Assembly (NCBI GenBank): GCA_018780035.1
Contig: JADMKE010000014.1
Coordinates: forward strand, 137,271-173,657
Reading direction: 5' to 3'
Length of the DNA: 36,387 nt
Source: Candidatus Sericytochromatia bacterium
Lineage (GTDB): Bacteria; Cyanobacteriota; Sericytochromatia; UBA7694
The notes below the pieces were generated by a model, which was not told the DNA's origin, made no database searches, and saw only the letters and a list, made by a program, of their open reading frames with translations. Every line of letters starts with the position of its first letter. Within the stretch, counting starts at the first letter, position 1. The translations under genes were made by a program, and so were the position numbers. This document shows positions 24,676 through 32,832 of this stretch, in pieces.

Positions 24676-26946
24676 TTATAATCGGCTGTTGGGTCTTTCT
24701 GTCAGAGGATCTTCGCTTAAGCCTGCCAGCAAGCGGCTGTAACTTTCTTGGTCAAAGGCGTTGATGGCTTGATGCAGGCCTGAGAGCCAGGTTTGGGCTT
24801 GGGGCGACAGGGTTTGATTGCTGCTAGCCAAAACAGCCTCGATCCGACTAAATTGGTAGACCTGCAACCCCCTCAGTTCTGTCAGCAGAGGGGCCAGTTC
24901 TTTGCTGAGCCCTGCGCGATCGTTCTGTTCTTCTGATCGGCTGACACCAGCTCCAGCAGGCACACGCTCTGTGATTTGCTGCCGGGCCTGGGGCAATTCC
25001 AACTTGACCTCGGTTCCCTTTTCCGCTTGGCTGTTTAAGTAGATCTTGCCACCCAAAGCCTCGGTTGCCAGCTTGCAAAAGGCCAATCCCAACCCGGTCG
25101 AAGATAAAAACAGTTCAGATTCGTGGTGGCCCGTTTGAAATTTTTCAAACAGCCGCTGTTTTTGTTGCTCTGAAATCCCGTTGCCCTGATCCCGGATCGT
25201 GAGGGTGACTTCTGCCTGCGCAAATTGCCCTGCCAACTCCACGGTGGAGCCCGGTGGGGCGTATTTGATCGCATTGCTGAGCAAATTGACCAAGACCCGG
25301 CGCAGCAAGAGCACATCACAGTTGAGCAAAATCCCTTCCGGCAAGTCGGTTTTTAAGAAAATATTGCGGCGTTCGGCATAAAAGCGCAGTTCTTGCAGCG
25401 CTTCTTGCACCAAAGCCAGCAGTTCATACTCTTCCCATTTGAGCTGCAGTGCAGTATTGCGGGCCAGGCTCAGATCGAGCAGGTTTTGAATCAGCAACTG
25501 CATCTGCCGCCCCGCTTCACGAATCTGTTGCCAAGCACCGAGTTGACTGTTGTCTTGTGCCAAAATCACCCCCAGCGGGGTTTTGAGATCGTGAATGATC
25601 ATCTCGGTCAGAGTTTCACGGGCTTCGCTCAGGGCCTCGACACGGGCCTTGGCTTGATTCAGGTCTTCTGTGCGCGCCAGCACTTTGGCTTCGAGTTCCA
25701 AGTTGAGGCTTTGCAATTCCTGGGTCAGAGACTCACGCATCACAAAGGCCTGAGAAAATCGCCGGGCCAGCAAAATCGCCTGACAAAAGCTAAAGATCAC
25801 ATAGCCCCAAAGCACCAAATCTTGGCTGCGAATCAACTCCATATTGTGCAGGATATCGTGTACAGCCAGGATCAAATAAGCGGCAAAACCACCCCAAAAG
25901 AAATAGGCTCCTTCCCGTTTATGCCTCACCGCCTGATAAGTGACCCAAACGGCATAAAGCAATTGGGCCAAATGCAATCCCCAGAAAGGTAAAAGGCTTA
26001 AACTGTGTAGGGGTGAGGGCAAGAGCAAAGTTGCCAAAAGCAACCCCCAAACAGGCCAGGTCAAAAAACGAATGATCTTGGCTGTGGTTTCATCGGGAAA
26101 GAGGGCCTGCAGATACTTAAACATTAAAAAGGTCGCCCCGTAAAGCACCAAGCGGGTCAGGCGCAAACTCAGTTCAAAGCTATCCAACCCCAGCAAACTC
26201 TCAAAGAGATGGGTCATCATCAAATCATAATAGAGCGAGGCGCACAAAATAGTCAGACCAAACCAGAGCGCCAAGCGGTTTCGCGGCAATATGCCCCAAA
26301 GCAGCAGGTGGTAAAGCGCCAAAAAGAAGACAAAGCCCAAAGCCAGGGCAATACCCGTCTGTTCTTGGTTTTCTGCCAATGAAATCTCACTGGCCAGGCC
26401 CAGCCAAAGGGGTTCGATCAGACCCGAACGGTGAAAGGTCGAATTGGATACATCACAATGCAAATGGCCCTTGTCCTGACGCAAAACAAAGGGCAGAAAG
26501 CGATTGCGGCGAGAAGCCACCAGTTCTCCACGCCAATGCGTACCGCTGTGAGCCACCAATTGTCCCTCAAAATAACAGGCGTAGGCACTGCCTTGAAAAC
26601 GGGTGCGCAAACGCAGGACCTGACCCACATCCGCTGGGGCAAAATTCACTTGCAGGGCATAACGGGCCTGGCCCAATTGTGTGCGCCAAAGCGGCAATTT
26701 TTCCAGTTTTTCCCAGCGCCCAGGCACACGAATGGCTACCTGTTGGGTACTTTGCCCAAACCGAAAGAGCCATTCCCCATTGAGTTTAAGCGGGGCTTGT
26801 TGCCTCAGCGACCATGTGCGCAGATCCAATACCCCGGCTTGGGCTTGGGGGGGCAAAACCGGAACAGCCAAAGCCCAACCAAACAGAGGGCCAGATAGCC
26901 AAAAACAAATTAAATAAACAAATATCACCCAAAAGGGCTTTTGCAT
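24676..26946 (-). CDS. Sensor histidine kinase with a 7TMR-DISM periplasmic sensor domain and 7TM module, plus a roughly 120-aa C-terminal extension of unknown function.
   Basis: The N-terminus has a signal/transmembrane segment. 'LDLRTWSLRQQAPLKLNGEWLFRFGQ' is the 7TMR-DISMED2 signature. Seven hydrophobic helices follow. A coiled coil leads to the H-box 'IIHDLKTPL', then an N-box and G-boxes 'IRDQGNGIS' and 'GLGLAFCKLATEALGGKI'. ATG 26946 has GGGGAA 8 nt upstream. Confidence 0.9.
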   Translation of the reverse strand: MQKPFWVIFVYLICFWLSGPLFGWALAVPVLPPQAQAGVLDLRTWSLRQQAPLKLNGEWLFRFGQSTQQVAIRVPGRWEKLEKLPLWRTQLGQARYALQVNFAPADVGQVLRLRTRFQGSAYACYFEGQLVAHSGTHWRGELVASRRNRFLPFVLRQDKGHLHCDVSNSTFHRSGLIEPLWLGLASEISLAENQEQTGIALALGFVFFLALYHLLLWGILPRNRLALWFGLTILCASLYYDLMMTHLFESLLGLDSFELSLRLTRLVLYGATFLMFKYLQALFPDETTAKIIRFLTWPVWGLLLATLLLPSPLHSLSLLPFWGLHLAQLLYAVWVTYQAVRHKREGAYFFWGGFAAYLILAVHDILHNMELIRSQDLVLWGYVIFSFCQAILLARRFSQAFVMRESLTQELQSLNLELEAKVLARTEDLNQAKARVEALSEARETLTEMIIHDLKTPLGVILAQDNSQLGAWQQIREAGRQMQLLIQNLLDLSLARNTALQLKWEEYELLALVQEALQELRFYAERRNIFLKTDLPEGILLNCDVLLLRRVLVNLLSNAIKYAPPGSTVELAGQFAQAEVTLTIRDQGNGISEQQKQRLFEKFQTGHHESELFLSSTGLGLAFCKLATEALGGKIYLNSQAEKGTEVKLELPQARQQITERVPAGAGVSRSEEQNDRAGLSKELAPLLTELRGLQVYQFSRIEAVLASSNQTLSPQAQTWLSGLHQAINAFDQESYSRLLAGLSEDPLTERPNSRL

Positions 26947-27077
26947 CGTCATTTCCCCACTCACAGTCCCTGGTGCAGCAAGCGCTCTTGCAGGTGTCTA
27001 GAGCATTTCAGTTTAAACCACCCAGGGCGATTTTGAATACCCTGGGCGGGCTCTGGCATTGTTTCAGAGATAGCCCA

Positions 27078-30000
27078 TCAAGGAGAAATTCTGCGAACAC
27101 GGTGGTTAAGCCGGTCGGCCACATAGACCTGACCTGTACTATCTACGCTCACACCGGTCGGATTGTTCAGCTGAGCCAAACCTGCAATGCTGTTGTCTCC
27201 GGCCAGAGCAGCGGCCCCCGTTCCAGCAAGGGTATAAATAAAATTGGCAGTCATGGCTTGGCCATAATAATTCCCTGATGTGATCGGGATAAACCGAATC
27301 TTGTGATTGCCAGTATCGGCAATAAACACCCCTGTGGCATTGGCAAAGACCCCGCGTGGGCTGCTCAGACGGGCTGAGGTCGCGCTACCGCCATCCCCTG
27401 TTGCACCGGCATTGCCATCACCAGCGATGACATACAGGGTATCTGCGGCCATGACTTGGCCAAAATAGTTACCCGCGGTGTCGGGCCTGAAGAAGATGCG
27501 GTGGCTGCCTGCATCGGCAATGTACACATGCCCGCCGTTGGTGGCGTTGGCCACCCGATGGATACCACTCGGACTGTTCAAAGCGCTGCCACCAAAGCCA
27601 CCGCCTGCAACAAAATAGATATTGCTGCCAGCGACCGTTCTGCCAAAGCGGGTGGCGGGCCCGGTCAGGAGATTGGAGAAATAGGCCACGTTATTGCCCG
27701 TATCGGCAATCAAGGTGCCATTGCCCTGATCTGCAACCCCTTCGGGACTGGCCATATTGGCCGCGAAGCGGGCAGTACCATCGGTCGCAGCACCATTGGT
27801 GCCACTGCCATTGACAGTATAAATACTGCCGGCAGTCATGGCGATATTGTAAAAAGTGGCAGTGGTATTGCTGAGGGTGCGTACCCGCTGATTGGCGGTA
27901 TCTGCAAAGGTCAGCAAAATATTGCCAATCAGGGCAATCCCGTGGGGATCGTTGACCTGAGCGGAGGTGCCCGCACCATTATCACCGGCAAATGTGCCGG
28001 TGCCATTGCCGGCCAGGGTATAGATATTGCCTGCGGTCATGCCAGCCACCCCAAAAAAGTCACCATTGCTGGCAGGCACAAAGCGAATGCGGTGATTGCT
28101 GCTATCGGCAATGGCCACATGATTGGAGGCATTGATAGAGACGCCCCAGGGGGCATTTAATTGTGCGCTTGCAGCAGCGCCATTGTCACCACTGAAGCCC
28201 TGGGTCGAACCGGCAAAGGTGGTGATTCTGGGCATGACTGTAAAATTGCTTCCGGCACTGGTTTGGGTCCCCACCTGAACAGTGGTGGCATAAGGCGCGG
28301 CATTGGATGTCAGAGAAGGTACTGTAACAGTGAGAGCCGTGGCTGTCGCCCCTGTGACTGTGGCATTTGTGCCGCCAAAACTGACGGTATTGCTGCCCAG
28401 TGTGGTGTGAAAGCCTGAACCATTGATCGTGATACTGGCTCCCGCCACATCACTGCTGGTACCGGCAGAAGTGAAACCGGTAATCGCAGGTGTGACGGCA
28501 TAATTATTCGTGCCGGCATTGGTTTGCCCTGCCACCGTGACCGTGACATTCTGGCTGCCAAAGATTCCGGCAGGCACCGTCACATTGAGGCTGGTCACTG
28601 AAGCGGTATTGACCGTGGCTGTGGTTGTACCGAAACGCACGGTATTGTTGCCAGGGGTCGTGTCGAAGCCGGTGCCGGTGATGGTCAGGGCACTGCCAAT
28701 CGTGCCATTGCTGGCACTCAGGTTGGTAATTGTGGGCCCTGCGGCACTCACTGTGTAGTTATTGGTGCCTGCATTGGTCTGTGCGCCGACCTGAACCGTC
28801 ACATTCTGAACGCCGACATTGTTGGGCACCGTGACCGTCAATTGGGTTGTGGTGGCAGCCGTGACTGTGGCAGCAGTGCCACCAAAGCTCACGGTATTGC
28901 TGCCGAGTGTGGTATGAAAACCACTGCCGTTAATAGTCATGCTACTGCCAACATTGCCTGCGATGGGGGTGAGATTGGTAATCGCTGGCGTAACCGCATA
29001 ATTATTCGTGCCGACATTGGTTTGCCCTGCCACCGTGACCGTGACATTCTGGCTGCCAAAGATTCCGGCAGGCACCGTCACGTTAAGGCTGGTGGCTGAA
29101 GCGGTATTGACTGTGGCCGTGGTCGTGCCAAAACGCACGGTGTTGTTGCCAGGGGTGGCATCAAAGCCCGTGCCGGTGATTGTCAGGGTACTGCCAATCG
29201 CGCCATTGCTGGCACTCAGGTTGGTAATCGTGGGGGTCACATTAAAATTATCTGCGGCGGTATTGGCGCTGGTCTGGTTGCCGACCTGCACAGAAATATC
29301 CTGGGCCCCGGTGATGCCCACTGGCACCGTGACCGTGAGTTGGGTATTGCTGGCTGCTGTAACTGTGGCAATGGTGGTGCCAAAGCGCACGGTATTGCCT
29401 CCGGTTGTGGCGTGAAAATTTGTGCCGTTGAGGGTAACGCTGCTGCCAATCGGGCCGGCACTCGCACCTAAACTGGTAATACTGGGGGTCGCTGGGGTGG
29501 CTGTTACTGTCACAGCATGGGTTCCACCTTCTGTGCTCGTCACCGGATTGGTGGCCACAGCATAGGTATACGTGGTTCCGGGGGTACCGGCACTGGAAGC
29601 CAAAAGCCGCAAGCCAGAACCAGGAGTGGATTTGACAAAAGCAGTCACGCCATTGCCTGCTGCCGTAACCACGGGTGTGGCACTGTCGGTCAATTGCAAA
29701 CGGGCTTGGTCTGCCCCCACTAAGCCCGTCACCGTGGCATTGACAGTGCTGCCGTTGAGGCGGTAATTGGCTGGAGTCAAAGCCCCTGGATTCTGGCTCA
29801 AAAGATCATTGGCCAATTGGGTCAGGTTGATCAGGGTCGGATGGGTGGTATAGGTATAGTTGGGATAGGTGCCTGCCACACCGGTGATCTGATTGATCAG
29901 GGTATTTAAATCCGCCAGCACGATTGCTTTGGCACGGGTGAGATTGGTGGCCATCAGGCTTTTCATCACCTTGGCCGCAGGAGTGCTCAAAAAACTGACC

Positions 30001-30476
30001 TCCACATTGGCATTGTTGATTCCGGGATGGCTGATCACACTGGCCAGTTCGGCCTGGGGAATGAGCGCCACACCGTCATTGACACTGAGCTCCAGCAATA
30101 ACAATTGATCGGGGATCAGATTGTTAAAGGTCAGGCTCAGATTGCCGCCAACAGGGTAATTGACTTGGCCCTGGGCATCAGAGCCATTGGGCCGGGTAAC
30201 AAGATTAAAGCTGTCGGTGACTAAGGCTTTGACTTTGGTGGCAGAGGCAAAGTCCAGGGCCTGGGTTTTAAACGCTGGCAAAGCAGGCAAATCCAGGTGT
30301 AAGGTCAGTTGATTCCCGTGCCATTCCATCCGAGCAGGCCTGAGTAAAACAGGTGAAACTACGGGAGATTGCTGTAAAGGAGAAGCAGGATTTGGCATAG
30401 ATGTCAGCTCAGGTGAACTTTGGCAGGCCGCCAACAGAGAGAGAAGCACAAAGAGCGAAAGAGATGAATAGCGCAT
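27078..30476 (-). CDS. Giant surface lipoprotein (1132 aa) with a lipobox signal, at least 7 IPT/TIG domains and a C-terminal six-bladed NHL beta-propeller.
   Basis: The signal is 'MRYSSLSLFVLLSLLAAC'. TIG units recur as 'TITNLSASNG.IGS.LTITGTGFD.TPGNNTVRFG...LNVTVPAGIFGSQNVTV'. NHL blades read 'AIADSSNHRIRFV', 'FADTANQRVRTL', 'VYIADAGSHRIFF', 'VFIADTGNHKIRFI' and 'VYVADRLNHRVRRI'. The ATG shares one nucleotide with the upstream gene's stop (TAATG). Confidence 0.9.
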   Translation of the reverse strand: MRYSSLSLFVLLSLLAACQSSPELTSMPNPASPLQQSPVVSPVLLRPARMEWHGNQLTLHLDLPALPAFKTQALDFASATKVKALVTDSFNLVTRPNGSDAQGQVNYPVGGNLSLTFNNLIPDQLLLLELSVNDGVALIPQAELASVISHPGINNANVEVSFLSTPAAKVMKSLMATNLTRAKAIVLADLNTLINQITGVAGTYPNYTYTTHPTLINLTQLANDLLSQNPGALTPANYRLNGSTVNATVTGLVGADQARLQLTDSATPVVTAAGNGVTAFVKSTPGSGLRLLASSAGTPGTTYTYAVATNPVTSTEGGTHAVTVTATPATPSITSLGASAGPIGSSVTLNGTNFHATTGGNTVRFGTTIATVTAASNTQLTVTVPVGITGAQDISVQVGNQTSANTAADNFNVTPTITNLSASNGAIGSTLTITGTGFDATPGNNTVRFGTTTATVNTASATSLNVTVPAGIFGSQNVTVTVAGQTNVGTNNYAVTPAITNLTPIAGNVGSSMTINGSGFHTTLGSNTVSFGGTAATVTAATTTQLTVTVPNNVGVQNVTVQVGAQTNAGTNNYTVSAAGPTITNLSASNGTIGSALTITGTGFDTTPGNNTVRFGTTTATVNTASVTSLNVTVPAGIFGSQNVTVTVAGQTNAGTNNYAVTPAITGFTSAGTSSDVAGASITINGSGFHTTLGSNTVSFGGTNATVTGATATALTVTVPSLTSNAAPYATTVQVGTQTSAGSNFTVMPRITTFAGSTQGFSGDNGAAASAQLNAPWGVSINASNHVAIADSSNHRIRFVPASNGDFFGVAGMTAGNIYTLAGNGTGTFAGDNGAGTSAQVNDPHGIALIGNILLTFADTANQRVRTLSNTTATFYNIAMTAGSIYTVNGSGTNGAATDGTARFAANMASPEGVADQGNGTLIADTGNNVAYFSNLLTGPATRFGRTVAGSNIYFVAGGGFGGSALNSPSGIHRVANATNGGHVYIADAGSHRIFFRPDTAGNYFGQVMAADTLYVIAGDGNAGATGDGGSATSARLSSPRGVFANATGVFIADTGNHKIRFIPITSGNYYGQAMTANFIYTLAGTGAAALAGDNSIAGLAQLNNPTGVSVDSTGQVYVADRLNHRVRRISP
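28244..29240. repeat. Two near-identical tandem copies of a 498-bp unit (166 aa, two TIG domains) inside the 1132-aa gene.
   Basis: The same sequence appears at about 28499-28616 and about 28997-29114, with only about 6 mismatches over the roughly 118 nt compared by eye. Reverse-strand pseudo-ORFs 28510-28758 and 29008-29415 translate almost identically. Confidence 0.8.
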
Positions 30477-32809
30477 TAGTTAAAGCCTCCATTGGCGTTG
30501 AGGGTGATTGAAGGCAAAATCGCCGCCACAGCGTCACTGCTGAGCACATCCACGATCACGGTGATGTTGATATCCCCCGGCAAATTGAGAGCGGTGGGCA
30601 CAGGCACGATCAACTGGTTGCCATTTACAGCAGCAGCCGGGACTTCAATCGTCCCAAAGCGCACGCGGTTATTGCCCGCTAAAAGGGTGTCAAAACCCGT
30701 TCCTGTCAGGGTCAGGGAGCTTCCTCTGACGAGACGAGCCTTGCCAGAGACAATGCCATGAGGTGTGGCCAGAGCCGTAATCTGGGGTTTCACTTTAAAG
30801 GACAAAGCATTGCTGTTGGCACCATTGACCTTGACAGAGACATTCTGGGCCCCAAAGATGCCGGCGGGTACCGTCACGGTGAGACTGTTGGCTGTCGCGG
30901 CGGTCACTGTGGCCGAGACATTGCCAAAATTCACCAGATTTTCAGCTGCAACTGCACTGAAATTGGAACCAGTCAACGTGATCGTGCTGCCAATCGGAGC
31001 TATAGTAGAGGCAAGGGTCGAAAGGGTGGGTTGATTGAGGGCCGAAGCCCCGCCGCCTCCGCTCCCCCCGCCGCTGCTTCCCCCACCGGAAGACTGACGC
31101 CAAGTAGACGTCGTGGCTTTGCCTGTCACAGTATCATTGCCGCGCTTGACATCCACACGGAATTCATAGCGGCTATCAGGACTGAGGCCACTTGCAAGAT
31201 ATTTGAGTTTTTCCCCGGCTTGGCCATTGATTTTGGCAAGCAGGCGATTGCTTTCAAAAATTTCATAAGTGGCTGCGGCAGCAATCCCCGTAAATTCAAG
31301 TTGAATTTGGGTATATTCATTGTTTGGGAATGGATAAGCCTTGATCTGCAGACCAGTAGCCGAAGCGCTGGGGCTCGGAGAAACCGAAGGCGTGATCTGG
31401 GGAGAGGGAGTCGGAGAAGCGGTCGGCAATGCTGTCGGTCTGGCACTAGGAGATGCTGAGGGCTGAAGGCTGGGCGCGGGTTGGGGAGTGGGAACGGTTT
31501 CCGGTAACTGGGCCTGCAAAAGTGTCAATTCACAAGGGCCCAGCGGGGGAAATGGATTGGAAAGGATGACGGTTCCTTGTGAATTGTTCAGGTTCACAAT
31601 CTCTTTTCCGGTGTTATTGAGCTGTTTATTCTGAATATTTTCACGGACCGAAGAGATGGCAATGGCCGTTTCTGCGTTTGATATTTTTGTAATTTTTGAA
31701 TCAAAAATATTTATATTTTTATTTAAATCCAACAAGATAGACTGACTATCTCCCAAAATAATTTGATTAAGCGTCTGATTGATTTTGGTAATTTCATTGC
31801 TGGTGAGACTCACCATATCCATCACACTTCCGAGAGAGGTGTCCTGGTCATTACATTGTGGCAGCGAGTTGCTCAGATTGATGATTGAGCCCAAATTTTC
31901 AGCGACTGGCTTGAGAGGGCTGGGCTTTGGCGAAGAAAATAGCACAGAGGTGGTATTTGGGGAGGGGACTTGCTGAATCTGAAAACCCTCAGAGGGGGCA
32001 GGTGCTAAAGCCGCAATTAAGTTGGCTTGTTTGAGCTGTCGCTGAATTTCCTGGCCCATGAGTCCATTGAGATAGCGAATCTGAATCAAAGATTCCAAGC
32101 GCGCCACCAGATTGGGCATTGAGCTTAGAAAGGTATTTTGAATATTCTCTAAGCTTTCTTTTTCCAATCCCACGCGACCATCTTGCTGGGAGCCGCGTAT
32201 AATATCTGCCAAGACTGTTGAGCGGGGCGAAACTTCCACAGTCAATGAGACAGGCTTATTTGGCACATCTACGAGGGCACGGGCAATTAATTGACTTTGT
32301 TGATTGAGGGCCAAGACCTCATATCTGAACCCCCCTGGTAGGGCATTGATCTGAAAATGGCCCGTGGCATCTGTTTGCGTGCTGGCCAATTCTTGACCAT
32401 CGGGTAAATAGATTTTGACAGTTTGATAAGCCAGTCCCTCCAAAACAGCTTTATTGCCTTGAGGCATCAATAAACGCCCTTTCAGAGCCAAGGGCGATGC
32501 TTGCTTGAGCTGAGCGAGAACGGCTTGTTTCAGCTGGGCTTGTGCTCGCGCTTGCAATGCTGGTTCGACAGTTACCACTGAGGGGAGTTCTATTTCTTCA
32601 GCTGTCTGGAAATAGCTGTTTAAGGCCTGTCTTAAGCGTTCCCTTTCACTGTTTTTTTCACTCTGGCTTAAAGGAGGGAGAACCGCAGGTGTGCTTAAAA
32701 GCAAATTGCTGCCCAAAGGCCCAGTCTCTTGGCAGCCCAGTAAAAGGCTGAAACAGAGACAGGTAAAGGTCAGTGATTTTTTAAATCGAAAATGAGATGG
32801 ACGTATCAT
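30476..32809 (-). CDS. Surface lipoprotein (about 777 aa). Domains in order: CarboxypepD_reg-like beta-sandwich, low-complexity N/I/K-rich region, Pro/Ser/Thr/Ala linker, Fn3-like domain, Gly/Ser linker and two C-terminal IPT/TIG domains.
   Basis: ATG 32809 (MIRPSHFRFKKSLTFTCLCFSLLLGC, lipobox) has GAGGAG 10 nt upstream; the track start is TTG 32827. CarboxypepD_reg-like motif is 'KIYLPDGQELASTQTDATGHFQINALPGGFRYEVLA'. The Fn3-like segment is 'YEIFESNRLLAKINGQAGEKLKYLASGLSPDSRYEFRVDV'. The TIG motif is 'TIAPIGSTITLTGSNFSAVAAENLVNFGNVSATVTAATANSLTVTVPAGIFGAQNVSV'. It is a paralogue of the N-terminal region of the 1157-aa protein. Confidence 0.85.
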   Translation of the reverse strand: MIRPSHFRFKKSLTFTCLCFSLLLGCQETGPLGSNLLLSTPAVLPPLSQSEKNSERERLRQALNSYFQTAEEIELPSVVTVEPALQARAQAQLKQAVLAQLKQASPLALKGRLLMPQGNKAVLEGLAYQTVKIYLPDGQELASTQTDATGHFQINALPGGFRYEVLALNQQSQLIARALVDVPNKPVSLTVEVSPRSTVLADIIRGSQQDGRVGLEKESLENIQNTFLSSMPNLVARLESLIQIRYLNGLMGQEIQRQLKQANLIAALAPAPSEGFQIQQVPSPNTTSVLFSSPKPSPLKPVAENLGSIINLSNSLPQCNDQDTSLGSVMDMVSLTSNEITKINQTLNQIILGDSQSILLDLNKNINIFDSKITKISNAETAIAISSVRENIQNKQLNNTGKEIVNLNNSQGTVILSNPFPPLGPCELTLLQAQLPETVPTPQPAPSLQPSASPSARPTALPTASPTPSPQITPSVSPSPSASATGLQIKAYPFPNNEYTQIQLEFTGIAAAATYEIFESNRLLAKINGQAGEKLKYLASGLSPDSRYEFRVDVKRGNDTVTGKATTSTWRQSSGGGSSGGGSGGGGASALNQPTLSTLASTIAPIGSTITLTGSNFSAVAAENLVNFGNVSATVTAATANSLTVTVPAGIFGAQNVSVKVNGANSNALSFKVKPQITALATPHGIVSGKARLVRGSSLTLTGTGFDTLLAGNNRVRFGTIEVPAAAVNGNQLIVPVPTALNLPGDINITVIVDVLSSDAVAAILPSITLNANGGFN

Positions 32810-32832
32810 ATAGCTGGGGCTCCTCAAAATAT

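Noticed and set aside
25393-25992. 199-aa plus-strand ORF and other ORFs (26379-26898) opposite the sensor kinase
   Set aside because: They are antisense to a kinase gene with complete H-, N- and G-boxes.
27456-28160. 234-aa plus-strand ORF, plus ORFs at 28510-28758, 29008-29415, 30492-30761 and 30758-31459, opposite the lipoprotein genes
   Set aside because: These are antisense reading frames of the TIG-repeat genes. Their near-identical translations reflect the tandem DNA repeat, not separate genes.
31030-31100. Simple-sequence tract (ccgccgcctccgctcccccc...) resembling a microsatellite
   Set aside because: It encodes the Gly/Ser linker (SSGGGSSGGGSGGGG) of the 777-aa lipoprotein in frame. 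It is a coding low-complexity region and not an independent repeat element.
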